From positions 640,001-704,000 of the forward strand of contig CAWKMU010000003.1 of assembly GCA_963850905.1 (NCBI GenBank): a DNA stretch of 64,000 nucleotides. Direction: 5' to 3'. Below are positions 49,419 through 59,040 of this stretch, piece by piece. The DNA comes from an uncultured Gemmatimonadales bacterium. GTDB lineage: Bacteria > Gemmatimonadota > Gemmatimonadetes > Gemmatimonadales > Gemmatimonadaceae. The translations under genes were made by a program, and so were the position numbers. The first letter of the stretch is position 1. The number at the start of each line of letters is the position of its first letter. Below the pieces are notes generated by a model. That model was not told the DNA's origin. It ran no database searches and saw only the letters and a program-made list of their open reading frames with translations.

Positions 49419-50306
49419 CTAGATCTCGTTGTCACTCGGTTTCCGAGCCCGCACGAACGCGCTCAGGATTCGCCCGGACACCTCTCGCGCGACGACATCA
49501 GCGTCCAGCCCGACGCTCGCGAGAAAGGCCCGCGCGTCGTCGATGTCATAGACGCGAGTTGGCTCGATAGAAGGATCGACGAACCCCGCGTCGCACAGGA
49601 TCGACAGAAACTCGTCCTCGCGCAGCGCGCCGGCGATGCATCCGACCCAGAGCTCGAGACTCTGCCGGACGGCATCGGGCATCTCGCCCCGCACGACCAC
49701 GTCAGAGACGGCGAACCGCCCACCGGGCTTCAACACGCGGAAAGCTTCGGTCAGCACACGCCGTTTGTCGCCCGAGAGGTTGATCACGCAGTTCGAGATG
49801 ATGACGTCGACTGACGCGTCAGGCAGTGGAATCGCTTCGATCTGCCCCTTCAGAAACTCGACATTGGCGGCGCCCGCGCGGGCCGCATTCTCTCGCGCCA
49901 GCGCGAGCATCTCGTCGGTCATGTCGAGGCCGTACGCCTTCCCGGTCGGTCCCACGCGCTTGGCCGACAGCAAGACGTCAATCCCTCCGCCCGAGCCGAG
50001 GTCGAGCACGATCTCGCCCGGCGCAAGCGTCGCGAGCGCGGTGGGATTCCCGCAACCCAGCGAGGCGAGCACCGCTTCCTGCGGAAGAGTCGCAGTCTCG
50101 GTCTCCGCGTACAGGTTCGACGTGATGGGATCGAGGTCCGGGCCCGGCGACTCGGAGGCCGAAGCGCCGCAGCACGTCGGCCCGCAGCAGCTCGCCCGCT
50201 CCCCGGCGGCCACCTGCAAAGCGGCGCGCCCGTACTTCTCTCGGACAACGCCACTGACATCTCCCGCGGCCGTTGCCGCTGTGGTCTCACTTTCGCCCGA
50301 TCTCAT
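49419..50306 (-). CDS. arsM: Arsenite S-adenosylmethionine methyltransferase
   Basis: GGAGG RBS before ATG 50306; N-terminal CC pairs, [31 protein letters not shown]. Confidence 0.92.
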   Translation of the reverse strand: MRSGESETTAATAAGDVSGVVREKYGRAALQVAAGERASCCGPTCCGASASESPGPDLDPITSNLYAETETATLPQEAVLASLGCGNPTALATLAPGEIVLDLGSGGGIDVLLSAKRVGPTGKAYGLDMTDEMLALARENAARAGAANVEFLKGQIEAIPLPDASVDVIISNCVINLSGDKRRVLTEAFRVLKPGGRFAVSDVVVRGEMPDAVRQSLELWVGCIAGALREDEFLSILCDAGFVDPSIEPTRVYDIDDARAFLASVGLDADVVAREVSGRILSAFVRARKPSDNEI

Positions 50307-50321
50307 AACCACCTCCATCGT

Positions 50322-50446
50322 ATAAAGACTTCTTGATGGGTCAGCCGCAAGAAAGGCCAGCTGCCCGCACCGTGGCCAACCCTCGCGTTAGTTCTCCAGC
50401 GTCCAGCGTCCATTACCCCAAAATACATCAACACCCATTGATGTAT
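50322..50446. promoter_or_regulatory. Putative ArsR operator boxes upstream of arsM
   Basis: ATACATCAA-CACCCA-TTGATGTAT perfect 9-6-9 palindrome at 50423-50446; ATAAA-GACTTC-TTGAT at 50322-50337. Confidence 0.7.
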
Positions 50447-50506
50447 CAAGGACGAGGGCCATTGCCCCCGGGCTCGCCCCCGAGCACGTACGGTGGACCG
50501 ATCGCG

Positions 50507-52585
50507 CTACGGCTGATGCGCCGTCGCGTCGGTCGTCGCGAAAGACTGGGTCACGAGCGAGCTCACACGGCACGACCCGATCATCGCCGGCTCGAAACGC
50601 AGCGCCGGGAGCATCTGGAGGACGTGCGTCTGCGACTCGGCAGCCAGCGAGCCCGGCACTCGTTCAGCCATCACGAACTGCGCAGTGCCGTTCGCGACCT
50701 GGCCAGTCGAGTCGACGACCATCGTGACCGTAATGCTGTCGCGGGCGCCACCACCCTTGTGGTCCGCTCGCGGCCCGCCGGACACGAGCTGCGCCGGCCG
50801 CGACAGTCGCCAGACGGGGACCTCGAGTTGACCCAGCACCGCCCCCTGCCCACCAGATGAGGGTTCGGCCCCTTCAATGACCAGGTACAGCTGGATCGAG
50901 TCCGACGGAGCCTGCTGGCCCGCGACCCGTGGGAACGCATGGGCTGCCGCGGCCTGCTCGATCATGGCCATCGCGCTCGTATCCGTGGCTCCGGACAACG
51001 TGGAGGCCGCGACGTGTACATCCACGATCGCACCGGTCGTGTCGAGCGTAAGCGACAGCACCGTGGAAAGCAGCGGAGCGACGTCGAGTCGGCCACGCAA
51101 TTTGCCCATTGGGATGCCCTGCGCAGCGCCGAGCGTCGCGGGAAGCCCAAACGTCGGCAAGAGCGCCTCGCTCGGCAGATCGGACTCACGCGCAAGTCCC
51201 GCCAGCATCTGGTCTCGATACACAGACCACGCCGAGTCGGACATGGCACGCGGAGTCGCGCCCTGGACGCCCGCGTACACGAGCAACGCCATGGTGTCCG
51301 CCGCACCCGGTGGGTTGCACGAGCCGTGCGCGAACGCCGCGACACCCTTGGTAATGTCGTGCGGGGCCGTCGTCTGCGCGGAGGCGGCAGGCGCTGCGTC
51401 GGGGTTTGTCTCGGAAAGCCCCAAGCGTGATCGGGTCCACACCATGACGAGGCCACACGGCTGCCGCGGGAGGGTGCTGGTTGGGGCTGGGGTCCCTTGT
51501 GTGGTCGCCTGGCCCTGATTGGCACCACTCTCCTGAGTGTTGGGCTGGGCGCGGTCTGGCGGCGTCGGCAACGCCGTGTTGTCTTCCATCCCCCCAAAAC
51601 CGGCTGGCCGTTCCGCCGCGCTGTAGACCTCCACAGCGCCGACCTGCGAGACATCGATCAGGTTGTCGGGCGACTCGCCGCCCTGTTGCTCGTTGGTTTG
51701 GCGGCTACCCGCCATCTGCTGTTGCGGACTGCCATCCACCACGTAGGACACACAACTCCCCGCGCCCTCCGCACCGCTGATGCCCATCCCGGGTGTGTGC
51801 GATTGCAGCGGACCCTGCGACATCATGAGGCCGCGCATCCCCTGCAGCAACTGCGTGAAACTCGACGGGCGCTTGCGCTGGATCTGTGCGTAGGTCAGGA
51901 ACTGGCCGACGCCCGCGCGCCTGCGCTGATCAAATCCGACACTCGAATACGCGGCTCGCTCCTCGGCCGTCGTGACGACCCGCGGCAAAATCGGGACGAA
52001 CGGCACCATCGTAATCGTCAGCGCTTGCGTCGCGCCAGCTGCGAGAGTCACCGCGAAACGTTTCTCTCCAAGGCCCAGTCCGCGCGCGCCCACCATGTAC
52101 GCCCCCGCCTTGGGCACGTGCAGGACGAACCCGCCATCGTCACGCGTCACCGCACTGTCGGATGTGCCGTAGAGGGAGATCAATACATGCGCGATGGGCG
52201 CGCCATCCGGCCGAACCGCGCGTCCCGCGAGCGTGATCGCTGTCCCAGAGCCAGCCGATCCGGACTGCGCGTAGCCGCGGGACGCGCCTGACACGACGCA
52301 CAGCGCGACCAAAGCAGCCCGAGCCACCCGCTGGCCGCGGGACCGCCGGACGGACGCCCGCGCCGCTGACGGCGGCGCGACACAACGGCTCGCTGGCCGA
52401 ACGGTCGCCTCTGATCTGGAAATGGGCCCGGCTCCCTTGCTCGGATGTACTAGTAGCCTCGCACCCGGACCAAGCCCTGGCAACGGGCGAGTGTTCGCGG
52501 GATGTACACGATGGTTTTGGGTAGAATCTGTGGCAGCCGTACCGCGTCCGCCACGCGCGCCTATTCTCTGGCCGCAGCCCGCCAC
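50507..52585 (-). CDS. Exported protein: carboxypeptidase-regulatory-like domain, plug-like domain and TonB C-terminal-like domains; true start probably near 52330-52400
   Basis: GRAVRPDGAPI..TRDDGGFVL; GFDQRR..GVGQF, CVSYVVDG, VGAVEVY, CGLVMVWTR; MVVDSTGQV..LRFEPA..G..V. Confidence 0.7.
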   Translation of the reverse strand: MAGCGQRIGARGGRGTAATDSTQNHRVHPANTRPLPGLGPGARLLVHPSKGAGPISRSEATVRPASRCVAPPSAARASVRRSRGQRVARAALVALCVVSGASRGYAQSGSAGSGTAITLAGRAVRPDGAPIAHVLISLYGTSDSAVTRDDGGFVLHVPKAGAYMVGARGLGLGEKRFAVTLAAGATQALTITMVPFVPILPRVVTTAEERAAYSSVGFDQRRRAGVGQFLTYAQIQRKRPSSFTQLLQGMRGLMMSQGPLQSHTPGMGISGAEGAGSCVSYVVDGSPQQQMAGSRQTNEQQGGESPDNLIDVSQVGAVEVYSAAERPAGFGGMEDNTALPTPPDRAQPNTQESGANQGQATTQGTPAPTSTLPRQPCGLVMVWTRSRLGLSETNPDAAPAASAQTTAPHDITKGVAAFAHGSCNPPGAADTMALLVYAGVQGATPRAMSDSAWSVYRDQMLAGLARESDLPSEALLPTFGLPATLGAAQGIPMGKLRGRLDVAPLLSTVLSLTLDTTGAIVDVHVAASTLSGATDTSAMAMIEQAAAAHAFPRVAGQQAPSDSIQLYLVIEGAEPSSGGQGAVLGQLEVPVWRLSRPAQLVSGGPRADHKGGGARDSITVTMVVDSTGQVANGTAQFVMAERVPGSLAAESQTHVLQMLPALRFEPAMIGSCRVSSLVTQSFATTDATAHQP

Positions 52586-52711
52586 GGTGGGATGACCTCA
52601 CCCCTGGGTCGGCGCCTCTGACGAAACCGGTTCTTGCCGACGGGTGTCAGAACCTCGACGACCCGGCGTGAGTGGACCTGCGCTCCTCTCGTACAGACTG
52701 GAGGCCTTTCG

Positions 52712-55187
52712 ATGGCTCGCACGGATGTGTGGCTGGCAGGCTGGGGACAGGACCTGCGCATCGCAACACGACGGTTTCGCCGGACACCCGGGTTCGTCGC
52801 GACCGCGGTGCTCGTTCTCATGCTGGGCATCGGGGCGGCGACCGCCATTTTCACTGTCGTCCGCGGTGTGCTGCTCCGACCGCTGCCCTACCCGGACGCG
52901 GACCGGATCGTTCAGCTGTCGGAGGTCAATCGAGCGGGCCATCGGACGCAGTTCGCCGATCCGAACTTCGACGACCTGCGTGCGCAGGCACGGAGCTACA
53001 CCGGCCTCGCTGAGTTCTCCAATCCAATTTCGGAATCGGTCTCGGGCGACATCACAGCCGTTCGGGCATCGCTCGTTCTCGTTTCGCGCGACTTCTTCGG
53101 CGTCCTCAGCGTCCGACCGATCCTTGGTCGCAGTTTCGTGCCGGAGGAACAGCGCGAGGGAGGGACACCGGCTGCGCTCCTGAGCTCGGGGTTCTGGCAA
53201 CGCGCGTTCGGGGGCCGTCGCGATGCAATCGGCAAGCGGCTGACGATTGGCGATCGCACGTACACCGTCATCGGCGTCATGCAGCCGATTCTCGACCTCC
53301 CCGCTGCGACCGATATCTGGGTCTCGCGCGAGCTCGCGTTCCCTCATCTGCCGAGCCGCACCGCACACAACTTCAAGGTGATCGGGCGCCTTCGGGCGGC
53401 GGCGAGCCTATCCGCTGTGCGGCGCGAGGCCACCGCGGTCGCGCGCGCCCTCGCAGCGCAGTACGGGTCGGAAACCATGATGGAGGACGTTGCGGTCATA
53501 CCACTCCGGGAGCAAATGGTCGCCGCAGCCCGACCGACACTCCTGGTCCTGCTCGCGGCCTCGGTCGTGCTGCTGGTCATCGCGTGGGCCAACGTCGCGA
53601 ACCTCCTCGTGGCGCGACTGACGACGCTGCAGGGTGAGTTCGCCGTGCGGATCGCGCTCGGCGCCTCGCCCGCGCGGCTCATTCGCCAGTGTCTTTCGGA
53701 ATCTCTTCTCCTGGCTGGCACCGGCGGCACATTCGGCGTCGTGCTCGCCGCGATCGGCACTCGAGCCCTGCTCGCCATCGACCCCGCGCGGCTTCCACGT
53801 GCCAGCGACGTGCACCTCGACCCAGTGGTTCTCGTGTTTGCCGCAGTGATGGTCCTTGGCACCGCGGTGGTGCTCGCCGTCCTCGCGAGCTGGCGTGTCG
53901 CGCGAAACGATGTGCGGGAAACGATCGCCGCGTCTGGACATGCGAACTCCGCGGCGCTGTCGTCGACGCGACTCCGCCAGGTCCTCGTGATCGGCCAGGT
54001 CGCGATGACCGTCGTGCTGCTGATTGCAGCTGGGCTCCTCGGCCGCGGCTTCGTCGCCCTGCTCGCAGTGGACCCCGGATTCCGGAGTGAAGGCAGAGTG
54101 GTGCTCGACCTCTCGATCGCCGCGAGTGATTCCGCCTCCGAGGTGCGGCGCACCCAGTTCTACCGCGAGCTGCTCGCACGACTCAGTGGCCTGCCCGGCG
54201 TGGCGGCCGTGGGCGCAGCCAATGGCATCCCCCTCGACGCCTTCAACGCCGCAGACGGCACGTACATCGAGCTGCGCTCCCCCGATGAGAAGCTCACCGC
54301 CCACGACCTGACGACGCTCTGGAAGGACCACACCCGAGCCGGAAACGCGGAATTCCGCGTGGCAAGCCGTGGCTACTTCGCCGCCATGCACATTCCGCTG
54401 CTCGACGGGCGCCTCTTCGATGAGCGCGACCGACCGGACGCGCCCACCAATGTGGCTGTGATCAGCGCTTCTTTTGCGAAGGCTCGATGGCCGGGCCGGA
54501 GTCCCATTCGGGAAGTGGATCCAATTCGGGATCGATGGCGACCCCCGCCCTTTCATGATCATCGGCATCGTCGGTGACGTGCGCGAGGCGGGCCTCGAGA
54601 CCCCGCCGCTCCTCATGTTCTACGCGGATTATCTCCAACGCCCCGTGTACTCCCAGCGCATGGACGTGGTACTCGCCGGCACGGGTAACCCCGCGCTGAT
54701 GGCGAAGACCGCGCAGGCAACCGTGCGCACGCTTCGACCCGACGTCCCGCCGCGAGTCCGGACGATGGATGCGATCGTCGCGTCCTCAGTGGCCGGCCGC
54801 CGGCTGGCGCTCTTTCTCGTCGGCGCCTTTGGCGCCGCCGCCCTTATCCTGTCAGCGTGTGGCCTCTACGGCGTGATCTCGTTCCTCGTCGCACAGCGCG
54901 GACAGGAGCTGAGCCTGCGGATCGCGTTGGGCGCACGGCGACACGACATCGTTGGGCTCGTGCTGCGCGAGGGCGGCGCGCTCACGGCGGCCGGTGTCAT
55001 CATTGGCGGTGCCACCGCATTGGCCGTCACCCGGATGTTGGCCGGCCTGTTCTATGGCGTGGGCGCGGGTGACCCCGTGACGTTCATCGGCATGATCGTC
55101 CTCGTGAGCATCGTCGCGCTCGCGGCATCCTGGATTCCGGCCAGTCGCGCCGCACGCGTCGAGGCGGCGCGGGCGCTACGCGCGTAG
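52712..55187 (+). CDS. Duplicated MacB/FtsX-type ABC permease (ADOP-like) with apparent 1-nt frameshift at about 54507
   Basis: ORFs 52712-54577 and 54474-55187 join as ...PGRSPIGKWIQFG... if one T at 54507-54508 is removed. Confidence 0.88.
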
Positions 55188-55234
55188 GGGCGGCGGCCGC
55201 CGTTGCGGCTTCACCACGGACCAGCATCTTGCGG

Positions 55235-55258
55235 GTAGGGGCGACGCATGCGTCGCCC
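55235..55258 (+). repeat. GTAG-type REP palindrome
   Basis: GTAG-GGGCGACGCATGCGTCGCCC between convergent genes. Confidence 0.8.
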
Positions 55259-55310
55259 GCCGTTGCGGCCCGCGCAGGCCATCAGTACGACGTCACCCGC
55301 CGCCCGCGTT

Positions 55311-56480
55311 TCACAACGTCGACGCCGTATCGCCGGGCAGCATCACACGGCGCATGAGCGGCAGTGGCAAGTTGCCCTGCCGCATGAACTCATCGTGGAA
55401 GCCGCGCAGCGTATACGCTGACCCCTTCGCCCGCTGATAGTCCGCACGCAGCTTGTAGATCTCGAGCTTGCCAAGCGTGTAATAGAGATAGGTGGGGTTG
55501 TACGCGCCGCGGCGCGCTTCCTCGAACGCGTTGGCCGGCTCCTGGAAACACTGCTTGACGAAGTACTCGCTCGCGCCCTGGGGCACCGAGAGCCCCTGGG
55601 TGTGTTCCTTGATGCCGACCACGTAGCGGCAGTCGCGAAGCAACGCATCCGACAACTGCGCCAGCTTGGCTTTCGGATCCCCGTTCCCCCACCCCTCCTC
55701 GAGCATCATCTGCTCGCCGTAGTGCGCCCATCCCTCGACGTTGGACCCGGGGAATACCAGCTTCCGCACCTTCGTCGGCACCTGCCCCGCAAAGAGCGCC
55801 TGCACATAGTGTCCCGGGAAGGCTTCGTGGACCGTGGTGTTCTCGAGCACTGGTCGGTTGAATTGCCGGAGGTGCTCTTCCACGTGCCGCGCATCCCACG
55901 TGCGCTCGGGCGGCGTCACGTAATAAAAAGCTTCCGTCGCCTTGGTCTCATACGGACCAGGGGCATCCAACGACGCGGTGCTGCCGTTCCGCGCGTAGGG
56001 CGGCGTCTCCTTGACGATCGGCATGGCATCCGACGGCAGATCGACGATCTGATGCACGACCAGGAACTCTCGGGTGCCAGCCAGCGTCGCGCGGGCATCG
56101 GGGATGAGACTCGCAACCGTCGGATGGTCGGATTCGAGCGACAGCATGGCTTGCTCCGGCGTCTTGCCGGGAGCGACAGCCTGCGCCGTCGCGACGAACG
56201 CTTGTCGATCCTTCGCAAGATTGGTCTCGCCGATCGCGAGGAGCCGATCCAGCGGTATGACGACCAATTCGTCGTACCGAAGCTTGTCAGCAAAATTCTT
56301 TGCGCCGATCGCGAAGCTGCCATGTGACCGGGGCTTGAGGTCCCTCACCAGCCAATCGGTCGCGCCCTGCATGGCCACGGCCAGGGCCGCGGCCTGTGGG
56401 CGACCGGTCCCACACGCAGCGCCCGCGCCCAACGTGAGCAGTAGCAGGCCGGCGGTCGTACGCGCTCTGGCACGGTCCAT
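55311..56480 (-). CDS. DUF885 family lipoprotein, apparently shortened by an in-frame internal deletion
   Basis: HEAFPGH, EGWAHYGE, YLYYTLGK, FHD motifs; lipobox AAC directly followed by mid-protein sequence; 389 aa. Confidence 0.8.
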   Translation of the reverse strand: MDRARARTTAGLLLLTLGAGAACGTGRPQAAALAVAMQGATDWLVRDLKPRSHGSFAIGAKNFADKLRYDELVVIPLDRLLAIGETNLAKDRQAFVATAQAVAPGKTPEQAMLSLESDHPTVASLIPDARATLAGTREFLVVHQIVDLPSDAMPIVKETPPYARNGSTASLDAPGPYETKATEAFYYVTPPERTWDARHVEEHLRQFNRPVLENTTVHEAFPGHYVQALFAGQVPTKVRKLVFPGSNVEGWAHYGEQMMLEEGWGNGDPKAKLAQLSDALLRDCRYVVGIKEHTQGLSVPQGASEYFVKQCFQEPANAFEEARRGAYNPTYLYYTLGKLEIYKLRADYQRAKGSAYTLRGFHDEFMRQGNLPLPLMRRVMLPGDTASTL

Positions 56481-56492
56481 TGGTCGATCCCT

Positions 56493-56617
56493 GCGGGCGC
56501 TAAAGCGCCCGAGAAAGTAGATGTACAGAAAGTAGAAAGTAGACGCACGGCCCGCCACAAAAACGCGGCTGGGGTGTCGTCTACTCTCTACTTTCTACTT
56601 TCTACTCTCTCGGGCGC
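56493..56617. repeat. Inverted heptamer-repeat element (AAAGTAG/CTACTTT), sister of 7588-7714
   Basis: GCGCCCGAGAAAGTAG...AAAGTAGAC / GTCTAC...CTACTTTCTACTCTCTCGGGCGC. Confidence 0.85.
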
Positions 56618-56646
56618 ATTAGCGCACGCGGCGCCCGCGCTCCGTG

Positions 56647-58587
56647 CTAGAACAGCCGGGAGTCGATCGTGATCTTGAGGTTGAGCGCGTTCTGCGACGG
56701 TTCCTCGAGCGACGTGTTGTCGCCCGTGTGCGCGTAGCTGAGGCCGAACCCGATTAGCTGCGGTCCGAAGAAATGGTGGGTCAACATCCCCTCGGCCCCA
56801 TAGCCCGTGAGCCACCCGTGTGTGCTGGCGCCGTACCCGCCGGCCGACGCATCGGCCGACTCGTACTGCAGCACGCCGAAGCCGCGCACCCGCACATCCC
56901 AGCCCCTGTACGCGTGCGGCAGCAGGTAGTACTCGAGGCCCGGCTCCAGACCCACGTACGTCACGCTGGCGCCGCTGGCCGACACGCGGGTGAAGTCGAG
57001 GTCACTGCCGATCCGCAGCTGTCGCGTGGACCCGAGACCGGCGTACCCGCCCACCGTCTGCGTCGGCAGCGCGAACGTGTACTCGTTGGGCACTGACGCG
57101 CCGTTCATTGCACCATTGCTCGTGAAGCCGAGCTCGGAGCCATAGCGAATGGAGAACGCCGGGAGGAAGTTGTCCTCGTAATTGGCGTAGTTGTCCTCCG
57201 CACCGCCCGGCGCGTCGAACATGAGGCCGAGGTTGAAGGCGTAGTAGTTCGCGGCCGGCAGATTCTCATCCGTGTTCTGGAAGTCGTGGCCGTACACCAA
57301 CCCGGCGCGCATGCGCCCCTCGCGCCAGATGGGAAGCTCGGCGCCAAGCATGCCCGACGCCGCGAACTGATGCGCATATGCGCTCGCGCTTGCCCCGCCC
57401 AGTTGCGAATAGTTGTACCACAGGCCCGGTCCCAGGAACAACCGGACATCGCTGGAGCGGTTGCCACCGAGAAAGTAGATGTCGGGCTCCAGCCCGAAGT
57501 TGACGGACGTGCTGGAGATACCAGGAGTCGATGGGCCGTACTCCGATGAGGTCGACGCCTGCTTGAGGTACGTGCCGCCAAGGTAGAATCCGAGCGATAG
57601 CTTCCGCGCGGCGTTCCACTGAACGAGGTACTGCGCGGACGGGATCGCGACGGTCGTGATCGTCTGTGGGTTCGCCCCAGCCAGAAGGCCCGTCGCCTTG
57701 CTCCAGGTCATGCCGGCCGCCCAGCCGATCGTGAACTCGGAGCTGTAGTTCCCCTGCGGGCCAACCGGAGCGGCGCGGTGCGTCGCAGCGGAAGCATCGG
57801 CCTTTTTCTGAGCGACCACGGGTGCCGGCGCCGGAGTGACCGCAGGTGCCGCCGGAGTGACCCCAGGTGCCGCCGCCGGAGCGACCGCAGGCGCCACCGG
57901 TTGCGCAGGTGACGCCGCTTGCGCAGGGGCGCTCGCCGCCTGAGTGGCTACGCTCGTCGGCGCCGCTCCCGTGAGCGGGGCACCATCGAAACCCAGGCTG
58001 TGCCCCGAAATGACTTCGACCCACGACGGCCTCTTCGGGTCCCAATACAGGCTTTGATGCGTCGTGCGGTCGTACGCGTGATCTGGGTCACCCTCGTATT
58101 GGTGGACGTCATCTGCGTCAGCGCGAGCGTTGACGCCGACCACCGCCGGCTGGACGACGCCGTGGTGCAGCACGGGCGGCGCCGGAATAATTGTCCCGTC
58201 GCTCGTCTGCATGCCGTTGAAGCCCAGATTTTGGCCACTCTTGGTATCAACCCAAGACTTCTTATCCGGGTCCCATACCAGATCCTGGCCGGTCGCCCCG
58301 TCGTGGGCGTGCCTGGGGTCAGTCGCGTCTTGACGCACATCATCGGCGTCCGCGGCCGCAGCTGCGCCAGCTCCGGCTGGCTGTACGATGCCGTGGTGCA
58401 GAATCGGCGGCGCCGGGATCACGGCGACGTTGGGGAGTGGCTGATTCGTTTTTGAAGCTTTCAGGCCCACGGGGACTGCGGTCTTTTGAGCTGTCAGGGC
58501 TGCTGGGATTGCCGTCAGAGCGACGAGCAGGCTAGTCCCGAACAGACCCGCCTTCAACGAGAGAATCGTGCGGCCGCTGGCGTTCAT
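56647..58587 (-). CDS. Outer-membrane protein: two ~78-aa N-terminal repeats, Ala/Pro linker, duplicated beta-barrel-like region
   Basis: AAGGAG RBS, signal peptide, alternating hydrophobic strands, C-terminal Phe. Confidence 0.75.
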   Translation of the reverse strand: MNASGRTILSLKAGLFGTSLLVALTAIPAALTAQKTAVPVGLKASKTNQPLPNVAVIPAPPILHHGIVQPAGAGAAAAADADDVRQDATDPRHAHDGATGQDLVWDPDKKSWVDTKSGQNLGFNGMQTSDGTIIPAPPVLHHGVVQPAVVGVNARADADDVHQYEGDPDHAYDRTTHQSLYWDPKRPSWVEVISGHSLGFDGAPLTGAAPTSVATQAASAPAQAASPAQPVAPAVAPAAAPGVTPAAPAVTPAPAPVVAQKKADASAATHRAAPVGPQGNYSSEFTIGWAAGMTWSKATGLLAGANPQTITTVAIPSAQYLVQWNAARKLSLGFYLGGTYLKQASTSSEYGPSTPGISSTSVNFGLEPDIYFLGGNRSSDVRLFLGPGLWYNYSQLGGASASAYAHQFAASGMLGAELPIWREGRMRAGLVYGHDFQNTDENLPAANYYAFNLGLMFDAPGGAEDNYANYEDNFLPAFSIRYGSELGFTSNGAMNGASVPNEYTFALPTQTVGGYAGLGSTRQLRIGSDLDFTRVSASGASVTYVGLEPGLEYYLLPHAYRGWDVRVRGFGVLQYESADASAGGYGASTHGWLTGYGAEGMLTHHFFGPQLIGFGLSYAHTGDNTSLEEPSQNALNLKITIDSRLF

Positions 58588-59040
58588 GGATGCTCCTTGT
58601 CCGTCGAACCACCGTACGTGTGGGTGCCGCGCATCGGCCGCGAGTAGCGTCCCGGCTGGCATGACACGGCGTCATTGCAGTCGCGCCCTCTCGGGGCAAA
58701 GCGCAACCCTCGAGAGTCGACTCATATTCGACGACGGAAGTGAGAGGCAGGCCACATCGTCCGGGCCTAGGTCAAATTGCCTCAAACTGTTAGCTCGATC
58801 CCTGAGGCCCCCGAACGGTCAGCTCGAGCCCCGCCATCATTGTACGGCCGAAGGCGCGGGATGACGTGTCGGGGCGGCGTTCAGGAAACTGGTAGTCATG
58901 CTGGGGCGGCCTGCACGGCGCCGGCAGGGTTCAGCATCGTCGCCGGCGGAGTATGTTGACGATAGCCCACATGGACGGGTCCGTACTGCCATCGCTCGCG
59001 ACCGTACTTCCCACGCCATCCGAGGTCCCAGGCACTCGCT

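Noticed and set aside
54500..54520. Programmed ribosomal frameshift in the permease
   Set aside because: No slippery heptamer; same signature as the other single-base insertions
58808..58886. attC site or riboswitch upstream of the sdh-like operon
   Set aside because: An imperfect hairpin exists, but it lacks the RYYYAAC/GTTRRRY boxes and any aptamer consensus I recognise; an Infernal/Rfam or IntegronFinder run would be needed
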